From: Hyaloraphidium curvatum SAG 235-1
Taxonomy: Eukaryota > Fungi > Monoblepharomycota
Direction: 5' to 3'
Length of the DNA: 64,000 nt
NCBI GenBank assembly: GCA_025558095.1
Contig: JAIVFI010000011.1
Coordinates: forward strand, 62,001-126,000
Within the stretch, counting starts at the first letter, position 1; every line of letters begins with the position of its first letter. The notes under the pieces were generated by a model. It worked only from the letters and a program-made list of their open reading frames with translations. It was not told the origin of the DNA and made no database searches. The translations under genes were made by a program, and so were the position numbers. Positions 1-10,051 of the stretch are shown here, in pieces.

Positions 1-441
1 GCCGTTGCCGACGTCGACCCAGAAGCCGAAGGTCGTCTGGTCCGAGTAGCTGGAAACAAATGTTCAGCCTGACTGGAGAGGGCCGCCGGCTCGGCCGCAG
101 CAAAGGACGACCCACCTCGGGTCGATGACCGAGTAGGTGCTCCACACCAGCGACCAGTACTCCATCCCCAGCGCGTCCCGCGCCGCGACGTGCTCAAAGA
201 GGAACACCGGGCTCGGCAGCCTTTTGCCGAACTTGGCCTTGAACCCGGCGTACTCGCGGCGTATCCGCTCCCGCGAGATGTACAGCGTCATTTCCCACAG
301 GCATATCAGCACGTTGATGCAGAGGAAGAGGGAGAGGGCGAGCTGCGCCGCATTGGTGCCGTGGAGGTTGCGGTGCGCGTTGGCGAGCGCGAGAAAGGGG
401 GCGCCGACGTAGGCCGCGACGTAGAAGAAGGCGAGCACCAT
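1..441 (-). CDS. Membrane protein, EXPERA/EBP-like (3' end runs off the window)
   Basis: Hydrophobic ORF from ATG 441. GT-AG intron 50-115 splices to give WSTYSVIDPSYSDQTTFGFWVDVGNG, resembling the W..Y...D.RY motif of EXPERA-type proteins. Confidence 0.5.
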
Positions 442-868
442 GGCGGCGGCTCGCAGGGGGGATTCCGGCGCAACGGAAGGCCGGTTGTTTGAGGCTCAAC
501 CGGCAACGGTGGTCCCACTCGCCCAGCCCGGAAACAAACTCGGCCGACCATCCGGCAAAGCGTCGATTCCCTGCCATCTTGGCATGGACGGCGACTGTCT
601 TCGAAGTGGAATCATCATGCCTGGATTGCTGCGCAGATGGAGGCGCTGTTGTCATCTTCCGAGAAGCTAGCGAGGCAGCTCTCCCATGCAGTCGCCTCGC
701 AGCTCCCTGGCTGGGATTTTGTGGATGTTTGCATCTCCTTTCGATGCTAGCTGAGGTGTTTCGCGCTTGAAATACTGTGGCGACGGTTCCGCCGCGTCGT
801 TGACTTGTCTCCCTTTTCCAACGCTCACCTAACAACCGCACGCCCATCTCGTCGACACAATCCACGCG

Positions 869-2239
869 ATGCCTTCGCTTCCTGCTGTTCCCACGGTCGA
901 GCTCGGCCGCACGGGCGTGCGAGTGTGGGTCCGCCTTCCCTGCCCGTCGCGACGCTTTGTGACGTCTCCCTGGCGGACGACGCGTTCGGCCCCTCCCCTC
1001 GTCTTGGAACCAACCAAAGCTCCGCCCTGGGCTTTGGGGCCATGGGCCTCAGCGAGTTCTACGCGCCGGACCTCTCGCAGGAGGACCAGTTCATCGATTT
1101 GCTGGGCAAGTGCTCGCAATACGGAGTCACGTTCATCGATACGGCGGACATGGTCGGTCGGCTTCACGGTCGCGTTTCCGGTAGTCCTGACGCCCGGAAC
1201 AGTACGGCTCGGGGGCGAACGAGGAGCTCATCGCCAAGGCGATCAAGAAGTTCGGACGCGACAAGTGTTGGGTTCCGGGCTCCCGCGCCGCTGACACAAG
1301 CTGAACTCGCGGGCCCTCCAGTCTTCATCTCGACCAAGTTCGGCATCGTCCGCGACTTCGAGAAGCGCTCCGGCGCGCGGCTCGGCATCCGCGGCGACCC
1401 CGAGTACGTCCGCCAGGCCTGCGAGGCCAGCCTGAAGCGGCTCGGGGTCGAACAGATCGACCTGTACACGCAGCACCGCGTGGACCCCAAGACGCCGATC
1501 GAGGAGACGGTCAAGGCGATGAAGAAGCTGCAGGACGAGGGCAAGGTCAAGTACCTCGGGCTGTCCGAGGCGTCGGTCGAGACAATCAAGAGGGCGCACG
1601 CAGTTGCGCCCATCTCGGCGTTGCAATCCGAATACAGCTTGTGGGCGACCGACGTAGGCTCTTTTCTGATCTTCTCGACGACTTCTGACCAATCGACCCC
1701 AGACGGAGCCCCAGATCAAGCTCTGCGAGGACCTTGGCATCACCTTTGTCGCCTACTCCCCCCTCGGTCGCGGCTTCCTCTCGGGCGAGATTACCAAGCC
1801 CAGCGACCTCAAGGACGGCGACTTTCGCAAGTTCCTGCCCCGTTTCTCGGGCGACAGTTTTGCCAAGAACATTGATCTCGTGGTGCGTGTCTGCCTGCGA
1901 CGCGCCTCGAGCCTCTTCGATACCCGCCGTCCCCCAGAACAAGGTCAAGGAGGTCGCAAAGCGCAAGGGGTGCACCCCGTCGCAGCTGGCTCTGGCGTGG
2001 TGTATCGCCCGTTCGCCCAAGACCATCCTGCCCATCCCCGGCACGACCAAGTTGACGAGGCTGGAGGAAAACATCGGGCTGTTCAACGTGCATTTGAGCC
2101 AGGCCGAGTGGAAGGAGTTGGCCGATGTGATGAAGGGGGTGGAGGGACTGCGGTATCGTGAGTTGGCTTTCGGCCGCACCTGTCTCACAATCTGACTTTG
2201 CAAACCCGGACAGCGGACATGTCGGCCGTCAACCTTTGA
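869..2239 (+). CDS. Aldo-keto reductase (YakC/pyridoxal-reductase-like), multi-exon
   Basis: Motifs [78 protein letters not shown] and PIPGT are spread over several frames and joined by short GT-AG introns. The last exon ends at TGA 2237-2239. Confidence 0.92.
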
Positions 2240-2262
2240 AATCAACTGTAGACCCCATATCA

Positions 2263-4181
2263 TTACGACCAATCGAGTTTTGGCATGATGAACTGCCACG
2301 CGCTCGCCTCGGATCCGGGATCGAGGACGATCTCGATCAGGGAAGGGCCGTTCCCGTGCCCGTTCGGGCCCGCGTTCGACCACTTCAGCGCCGTGGCGAG
2401 CTTGTCCGAGAACTCGTCCATCCTCTTCTGGAATACCGCTGCCGCCGGGCCGTCCTCCGCCGAGTAGGAGATCCCGGCAAAGTCCACGACGTGGACGGCA
2501 CCGTCGACAAACCCCATTGCCTTTGCCACGTCGGCATAGCGCACGGGATTGAACTCGGAGCCGATCCTCCGGCCCCCGAAGCCTCTGTCCTGGTCCCGCA
2601 TCACGTTGCCGTACGACGAATTGTTGAAGATGAGCACGACGACCCCGATGCCTTCCTGCGCGGCCGTCGCGAGCTCCATGATGCCGAACTGGAAGCCGCC
2701 GTCGCCATTGATGGAGACGACGGGTGCGGAAGGGTTGGCCACCTTGACGCCCAGGGAGGTCATGAATCCGAATCCCAGCGTCCCTTGGAACCCCGGCGAG
2801 ACATAGCGGCGAGGACGAAGAACAGGGTATGTGACGTATGACGCGAAGCCGACCTGTGACAGTGATGTGAGCTGCGTCCGACCGCGCTGCTTCACAAACA
2901 GACCTGCGAAAGTTCTTCGACAAAGAAGCCCTCGGAAGGCAGCAGGGTGCGGATCGACGTGAGGAAGGAAGACTGCGGCTGGACGGCCTGGAAGATCTGC
3001 TCCTGCGCGTCGCGCGCTGTTGCGTATACCTGGGCCCGGTAGTCCGCTTTCGGCGCGATGTTGGCCCCGCGCAGAGCCTGGTTGAGTTGCGAAATAACCC
3101 TCGCCGAGTCCCCGACGATGGTGAGATCGCACTTCACCCGCTGCGCCTCGGTCGAGTCGATTTCAATGCGCACGAACTTGATCCGCTTCCCCGTGTTGCC
3201 CGTGAGCCGAGGGTCGTCCGTGCGCGAGATGCACTGCATCATGTTGTTGTTCCAGCGCATCAAGGGGAGCTCGAGGCGCGTGCCGATGCCGATCACGAGG
3301 TCACAGGTCGTAAAGAGCGTGGCTCCCGCGTACGCGCTGATCCCAATGGGCCCTTCGGCGAGGTCCTTCTCGGAAAAAGCCATCTCGTTTTCCAGCGTCG
3401 GAGACCATTCAGGAACGGTGCCACGCCCTCCACGGAATCCCACCACGGGCGCCGTAAGCAGCTTGGACAGATCCTGGATCTGCTGGGCCGCGATCTGCGC
3501 TCCCGACCCGCAGATGATCATTGGCCTCGCGGCCGACGTCGAAATGGCGACAAACTCGGCAATGTTCTCCGCAGACGCGTCGAGGAGCTCGTCCCGAGAA
3601 GGTGCCTGCACAAGAGGTGGAACCCGGACCTCACGGCGGTCCGCCATGACGTCCCAGCACATCTCGACAACGACGGGACCGGGCCGTCCGGTAGTCATCT
3701 GCGCAAACGCGTCCGCAATCACTTTGAAGGTATCCTGCGGCCGCTCGACCCTGGCAGCCCATTTCACGATGGTCCTCATCGTCGCGAGCTGATCCGGCAG
3801 CTCGTGGAGGTGGCCGCGCCCGCGTCCAAGGAAATCGCTCGGAACCTGCCCCGTCAGGCAAAGCACGGGCGCGTTCGCACCCATCGCCGTGCACAGGGCG
3901 CCAGTGGCGTTGAGAATGCCCGGTCCGGGAACGACCACGAAGACGGCCGGCTTGCCCGTGGAACGCGCCGCCCCGAACGCGGCATAGGCGGCAGACTGCT
4001 CATGCCTCGCTACGACCGTGCGGATCTTGTCCTCCCGCCTCTTCAGCGCGTCGAACACGGGGTAGATTTGCGCGCCGGGCAGGCCGAACACCGTGTCGAT
4101 TCCGTGCTGGAGCAGCGCTTCGACGATGGCCTCCCCGCCAGTCACTGAGCTCGCCGGCATCGGTACAGATGTCCCGTTCAT
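2263..4181 (-). CDS. Thiamine-diphosphate-dependent enzyme, acetolactate-synthase large-subunit superfamily, bacterial type
   Basis: TGGEAIV, VFGLPG, RHEQ, VPGPG and LTGQ motifs, plus the TPP motif GDGGF...IFNN. One intron at about 2853-2902. Confidence 0.9.
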
Positions 4182-4494
4182 TTTGTCGTCTCCGGCTCCG
4201 GCGAGGGACGGCGATGAGGTGGTTTGTGATTTCAAGAGCAGGCGAGGCAGGGGCAAGCGCGGCAGCAGAGGCAAGGCAACTCAAGCCCGCCAGCTCGATC
4301 CATCCACGCACGCGCAGGCAGGCTAGGAGCTATTGGACTTTACGAATCAATAATGGATGGAGATACGTAAGGCAATTAGATGAGTCTTGTGCTGTCCTGA
4401 TCCTCTGTCCAAGCGACTCTGCCTCCGCAGCCCAGAGGATCCACGTGCCCGCAAGCATCACATCCGGCGAAGAGAAGCTAACTGCTTTGACCTC

Positions 4495-4554
4495 CACTAG
4501 TACATGATGCAAAAGCCGTTTGCTCACTAGTACATGATGCAAAAGCCGTTTGCT
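4495..4554. repeat. Exact tandem duplication, 30 bp x2
   Basis: cactagtacatgatgcaaaagccgtttgct at 4495-4524 and 4525-4554. Confidence 0.95.
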
Positions 4555-4711
4555 CAAGAGAACCAAACACAAAAGTGGTCCAGGTACGTCATCGGGAGAC
4601 AGGTCCTCACCAGCCGCGGAGCATTCCTTCTTCGCGCGCGGGCAGTCGGCAACCTGCTTCGAAATCGAAATCGCCGTTGACTCCAAAACTCCCAGCCCGT
4701 CCTCCGGCGCC

Positions 4712-5375
4712 ATGAAGCCGTACGACAGCACGTTCAAGCCCGGCCTCTTCGCGAGGCAGGTCGTCATCGTCACCGGTGGGGGGCGTGCGGCTTGGACGCT
4801 CCGGGACGAGCGCTGACGACGCAACGCGCGCAGGTGGCGGGACGGGAATCGGGGGAAATAGTAAGGATCAAGCGCGACCCGCAAGGTTTCACAGGCAGAT
4901 GACGTCCTTCGCTCAGAAGGTTTCACAGGCAGATGACGTCCTTCGCTCAGTTGCGCACGAGTTGGCCGCTCTCGGAGCCACCGTGGGTGGGTTCCTTTGA
5001 CCGACCCCAGCCACACCACCAACAAGCCCGCCAGTCATCGCCGCGCGGCGGGCTGAGCCGCTGCTGAAGACCAAGGCGGAGATCGAGTCTCTGGGAGGCC
5101 GCTGCGATGTGTACCACCCGCTCAACATCCGCGACGAGAAGAACTGCGCCGCGTTCGCGGCCGAGGTAGTCAGGAGGCATGGCAGCATCGACGGTCTAGG
5201 TGGGCATGGTGTTCCGCTAAGCTAAATGTTCATTCTAACCTCGTGACATGGTGAAGTGAACAATGCTGGGTGCGTCAAGCCATTCTTGCTTCCCATTTCT
5301 CGCTGACGGACTACGATCACTGGCCAGTTCCCCGCACCTGCGGACAAGATCACCGCCTCTGGGATGCGCAACGTT
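4712..5375 (+). pseudogene. 5' half of a peroxisomal trans-2-enoyl-CoA reductase-like SDR, truncated
   Basis: Spliced reading MKPYDSTFKPGLFARQVVIVTGGGTGIG..IAHELAALGATVVIAARR...IDGLVNNAGGQFPAPADKITASG. The last acceptor reads CAC instead of CAG (about 5320). The sequence then switches to an unrelated duplicated fragment before any YxxxK motif. Confidence 0.75.
4883..4950. repeat. Exact tandem duplication, 34 bp x2, duplicating an intron branch point and acceptor
   Basis: aaggtttcacaggcagatgacgtccttcgctcag at 4883-4916 and 4917-4950. Confidence 0.95.
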
Positions 5376-5619
5376 GCGGCATTTCACTATCGACTTCCAA
5401 TACGCCCCTGCTTATTTTGACCCCAACTCGGGCGAGGTGGCGTTCGCCGGCCGCCTGCTTGGAGGCCTCGCCAAGATCCGGCCGGGGTTGCGCTCGCTTT
5501 CACTCCGCAACGCTTTCATTGAAGCGCCAACCGAGGACGTCCGCGTTTCCTTACCGTATCTTGAGTCACTTCCCCTAGGTTTCGTTGGGCTTCGTGTCTC
5601 CGCCGCCGAGTTCGCCTCT
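5375..5619 (+). repeat. Dispersed copy of an internal fragment of the gene at 24537-26264
   Basis: 5389-5619 aligns without gaps to 25161-25391 with about 15 mismatches in 231 nt (hand count). Both encode IDFQYAPAYFDPNSGEVAFAGRLLG...VSAAEFAS. Confidence 0.93.
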
Positions 5620-6331
5620 ATGCCGACCCTCGCCGCCCGCATCGTCCGCCTCCCCCTCCTGCTTGTCCTCCTCCGAGATGTACTCGAGGTGAGGCAGATC
5701 GTCTTACACGTCGTCCTCGCTCTCCTTGTCGGCAAATGCCTCCTGCGCGTCGCACCTGTCGCGGGGAGCGTCGGGCACGAGAAGGTAGTAAGGTACTGCG
5801 GTCCCGGCATGCCCGCCTGTGCTCCCACTCCTTCCGGAGCCCTCCCGCCGCCGTCCACCTTCACGTCCGCCATGTTCCAGTCCACCGCCGTCGACCGTGC
5901 CTGCGCGGGAGGGGCGCCGAGCGGGGCAACGCGTGAGGGAGGTCCGACGGGGGAGCGGGGCGGGCGGCCCCCACTACGCCCTCTCCCGGTGCCGCGCCGC
6001 GCCGCCGCCGCACAACGCACGCGCCGTCACCGTGGTCGCGTCCGCCGCCTCCGGGAGCCGCCCATGAGGTCAGGAGCCTCGGTTTTGGGGGGGTTGTTTG
6101 GGCGCGCGCTCCCCCCCGGCCACCACCGGCCCGGAAACCCCCCCCGCAGGGGATCTCACTACCCATGCAATTCTCAACAGGTTTTATTGCATCAAACGCA
6201 TGCTTCTGCATCTCAACGTCCGTTTCCCGCGCGCTGCCGGCGGCCGTCCACCCGGGAATGATCTGGGCGCGAAAAGTCATTTGCGCCTGCTACCCTTTCG
6301 GTCGGGGCTCCGCCCCTCCCCAGCCCCCCGC

Positions 6332-6510
6332 GCTCGCTGGCGCTCGCCAAGCCGCTCCGCGGCCGCGCTCCGCGCGAAGCTAGATGGGAGGTAGCGGCGG
6401 GGAACGTGCGTGCCTGCGGCGGCCGGCTACGTGCCCGCTGCCGCGGGGCTCGCTGGCGCTCGCGGGCCGCTCCGCGGCAAAGCTTCCCGGGGACAGCGGC
6501 GGGGGAACGT
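6332..6510. repeat. Imperfect direct repeat of a GC-rich unit
   Basis: gctcgctggcgctcgc..gccgctccgcggc..aagct..agcggcgggg(g)aacgt occurs at about 6332-6407 and again at about 6448-6510. Confidence 0.7.
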
Positions 6511-6696
6511 CGGCTCCTCGAGGGAAACTGAGGTCCCCTTGCCAGCAACCAACCTGGATTCAGAGACCATTCGCCGCGCGACATGGAATCAGTGAGACCA
6601 GACTCCGCAAGATCATCGAGGAACAGATCGCAAAAGGGGGCGGACCAAAAGGGAAACTGTGAGCGGTCGTTCATCTCCGTCAATAGAAGTCGGGCG

Positions 6697-7483
6697 CTAC
6701 AGCTTCCCTGCTCCGCCGGACTTGGCGTCCAGGAACTCCTTGTACCGTACCAGGAACTCCTCCTGGCTAGGGCTCTGCACCGCGCCCGTCCGCCGCGACC
6801 TGACCTTCTTCAGCGCGTCCTCCGGGTCCATCCCCCGCCCAATCAGGAAGCAGGCGATCACGAGGCCCGTCCTGCCCATCCCCGCGTGGCCTGTGAGGCG
6901 AGTCAGACCACCGGCTCGGACGGCGAGCGGGGAGGGACCCACAGTGGGTCGCCACTTTGCCTCCGCGTTCGACGACCCGTTTGCACTCCTCCACGACGGA
7001 ATCCATGAGCTCCAGCGACGGCACTCCCAAGTCCTCCCACGCCGGGTTGATGTAGGCGATCCCGTGGTCTTCAAACTCCGAGGGATAGTACGAGAATCCC
7101 GATCCAGGCGCGAGATTGTCCCCGCAATACGGGTGCTCGCCGTGCTCGGCTGCTCGGGAATCAGCTGGGTCCCACAGACACCCCCAGCCACGGAGCACCC
7201 ACTCAGGTTGATGAGCAGCTTCACCCCGCTCCGCTGGAACTGTCCTACGAGGTCGTACTCGCGGATGATCCTCGAACTGTCCTACGAGGTCGTACTCGCG
7301 GATGATCCTCGATGACGGCCTAGAGAGGGCCAGCATCTCCGAGGTGACCCAGGTCGCGTTCACGCCCGGCATATCCGTCGCCAGGCCCTGGTACCGGGCG
7401 CCCTCGGGGTGCCACCACCGCTTCCAGTTGTGGCCGCAGTACATGCACTTCGGCCCGCCGCAGGTCGTGCAGATGTAGACCAT
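6697..7483 (-). pseudogene. PTPDC1: PTPDC1-like protein tyrosine/dual-specificity phosphatase, frameshifted by a 37-bp duplication (or assembly error)
   Basis: N-terminal CGGPKCMYC, then ATWVTSEMLALSRPS, GEHPYCG, GFSYYP and catalytic HC|HAGMGRTG (CX5R) across an intron. The frame is broken by the tandem copy at 7237-7310. Confidence 0.75.
7237..7310. repeat. Exact tandem duplication, 37 bp x2, inside a coding exon
   Basis: gaactgtcctacgaggtcgtactcgcggatgatcctc at 7237-7273 and 7274-7310. Confidence 0.95.
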
Positions 7484-7693
7484 CTCGGCGGCCGATTGTC
7501 CGTGAACTCGCCCGAAACGGTCCCTCAGCTACCAAAACGACTCCAGAAATCGATTGAGGATCGTGTCTCCCCGCAGGAACGACGCTTTCGCGGGCCGAGC
7601 TCACAGCCGATGTTGACGTCGTGGCAATCCCTTGCTATCCTGAGTCTTGTTCCTATTCTGGGATCGGCCGTTGGCGGGCATCGAGCATCCAAA

Positions 7694-8806
7694 ATGGCCA
7701 GCGAAAAGCCGAAACTCGTTCTGGAAGCCGCCAACGAGCCGTCCGAGGTCGTTCGGCAGGGGATGCGCAACTACCGCGGCTTCGGCAGGCCATTGACGCT
7801 GGATCGCTACCTCGCCCGCGAGGCGGCCCTGAACGCCCTCCCTTTCGGCGCCGGCGGGCACCGCTGGGCGCTCAAATCACCCGACGGCGCGTGGACGTCG
7901 ACCTGCGAGACGTACCATCGCGACTGCATCTGGGCCGATGGCGGGGTGCTCAAGGATGGCGAGGTGGCGGTGGTCGCGTCGGTGTTCACGCCGGAGCACC
8001 TCCGCGGGCGGGGCTGCGCGGCGGAGATGATGCGGCAGTTGAGGAAGTTGCTCAAGGCGCGGTTTCCTGGGCTCGTCGCGTCGACGCTCTACTCGGACAT
8101 TGGACCCACATTCTACGCCAAGCAGGGATGGACGACGTGCCCGTCAAAGGAGGCCGTGCTGACCCTCCGTCCCGAGGACGGACCTGCGGGCAAGTTGGAC
8201 GGCATTCCCGAGGCGCGCGCCGTGCCCGAGGCCGAGATCCTCTCCCGCTACCTTCCCGCCGACGCCGCACTCCTCCGCGACGACGTGCTGCGCGAGCACA
8301 ACGCCAAGGGCACCCGCGTGTTTGCCGTGGTTCCCACCGGGGATGCCGTGCAGTGGATCTGGGAGCGGTCGAAGTTCTACGTGGCCGAGATCGGGCCGCC
8401 CGAAGCGAGGGGCACCCAGATGGTCCTCGGTTTCGCCATCGGCACCCCGGACGATGCTGCTTGGTCGTACGCGATCCTGTACCCGAATTTCAAGGAGGAC
8501 AACCTCTTGCTGCAACGCGTGCGGCTCGCTGCGGGCAAGGACTCCGAGGCGCACGCCACCGCGCTGCTCCTCGCCTCGGCGGGCGAGGCGCGCAGGCTGG
8601 GGTTGTCCAAGGTGACGGCGTGGGACACGGCGCCCGCGATGGACGCGGCATGTCGGTCTTTGGAGGGGCTGGGGGCCGTGAAGATCGGGGAGCGGGAGAG
8701 GGAGGATTCGCTCTCGGCGCTATGCTGGTACGGCCCTGCCGCCGAGCCGGTTGTCGATGCCGGGGACACCGTCTGGCTCGCAAACGAGAAGTACGCCTGG
8801 GCTTGA
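7694..8806 (+). CDS. GNAT-family acetyltransferase, fungal LYC1-like
   Basis: TCETY, VASVFTPEHLRGRGCA (acetyl-CoA motif A) and STLYSDIGPTFYAKQGW; C-terminal WLANEKYAW. Single exon. Confidence 0.8.
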   Translation: MASEKPKLVLEAANEPSEVVRQGMRNYRGFGRPLTLDRYLAREAALNALPFGAGGHRWALKSPDGAWTSTCETYHRDCIWADGGVLKDGEVAVVASVFTPEHLRGRGCAAEMMRQLRKLLKARFPGLVASTLYSDIGPTFYAKQGWTTCPSKEAVLTLRPEDGPAGKLDGIPEARAVPEAEILSRYLPADAALLRDDVLREHNAKGTRVFAVVPTGDAVQWIWERSKFYVAEIGPPEARGTQMVLGFAIGTPDDAAWSYAILYPNFKEDNLLLQRVRLAAGKDSEAHATALLLASAGEARRLGLSKVTAWDTAPAMDAACRSLEGLGAVKIGEREREDSLSALCWYGPAAEPVVDAGDTVWLANEKYAWA

Positions 8807-8862
8807 CAATCTAGAGACAGAGAGAGACAAAGATACAGCTTCCAGGCGGGCTCCGCGACAGG

Positions 8863-9366
8863 TCACCGGTCCAGCAGCTCCTTGGCGATATCCGGTCTCT
8901 TGTCCAGGTATCCTCGGACGTACCAACCTACGCCAACGTTGAGAATTGTGCTTTTGGAAAGGGAAACGCGGCGAAGGCTGCCTCACAGGACGGGACAACC
9001 TTTTTGCCCTCCTTCCGCGCCGTCTCGATGGCCTTGGTCGTGACAATCTCGGCTGCCGCGGCCCCACACGCCGGCCGTAAGCGTCGGAACCGAAATCCGG
9101 CCCGCGTGCCCCACCGTAGCCGTTCCCGCGATGGGCGGTGGGCGTGAACGTGTGCTGCATATCCCACGTCCCGCCCAGGTCTTCGTATTCGAGCACCGCC
9201 TCGTCTGTCGGCAAGAAACGCGTCACTCGGCCCCCTTTCCGGCCCCAGACGCGGCGAACCGACCCTTCTGCCCGCCGGGGCCGAGCCGGAGCACGAAGCG
9301 CGAGTTGGGCGCGTCCCATTCCACGTCGTCGGGAGTCTTCGCGGCGTAAGAGGCGGAGGATGCCAT
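8863..9366 (-). CDS. Small GNAT (Acetyltransf_CG / YjdJ / NATD1-like), 4 exons
   Basis: Spliced reading ...RFVLRL..EAVLEY..WDMQHTFTPTAHRGNGYG|AEIVTTKAIETARKEGKKVVPSC|WYVRGYLDKRP matches the HT.V....RG.G and P.C.Y pattern. Confidence 0.82.
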
Positions 9367-10051
9367 GGCGCGGAGGAAGGTCTCGAATGGCCTGCGGAGG
9401 GCGTCGGTGTGGCGCGCGAGGGAAGGCAGAGTGGACATGAAACGCGGGTCGCGTGCTGGACCGCTGTCGGCAACTCGCGGAATCGTTGTCCCCGTGTCTC
9501 CCATTACTGGTAGTCCTCATGCCGGAGGAAAGAAAAGAAACTACATATCAACTGCAAAGTTAGTTGAAGGTTGCTCCGACCTGTTTCCTTGCCGGTCCTG
9601 AGCCCAATGAACGAGCTCGGCATGGTCGATGGCAACGGACAGTGTCACCCGCTCAACCTCTTTGGCCCGGTGTTTCCGTCGTAAGCCTCATCGAATTCGG
9701 GATTTCCGGCCAGAGAAAATGGAATTGAGGAGGTGCGTCCTTGCTATGGGCTTGGTGAACCGTTGCGAGCCCTTTGCAGCACCCATAGCGGGGCAGGTAA
9801 GCGAGGGATCGAGCTGGAGGATTCCGCAAGTGCAGCTCTGCAGGATGCAAGCAGTTCCTGTCGGACTCGCACTTCTTGTGTGTTCCAGAGGAACAGGGGG
9901 CGGAGCACGGCGGCATCCCTCACGGCGGGATCCCAAACGGCCGTCCCTGGGGGATCCCATAAAGGCCCGACCGCGGGGCCCACGGCAGGAACCACCAGCT
10001 CGAACGGCCGGCCTTCCCGGCAACCGCCTTCTGCCTCACGATCTGCCAGCG

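Noticed and set aside
2263-4500. TPP riboswitch associated with the TPP enzyme
   Set aside because: No CTGAGA / GATCTGG..AATACC-type aptamer consensus in the intron or flanks.
4495-4950. 30-37 bp repeats as a CRISPR array
   Set aside because: The copies are directly adjacent with no spacers, each unit is different, there are no cas genes, and the context is eukaryotic.
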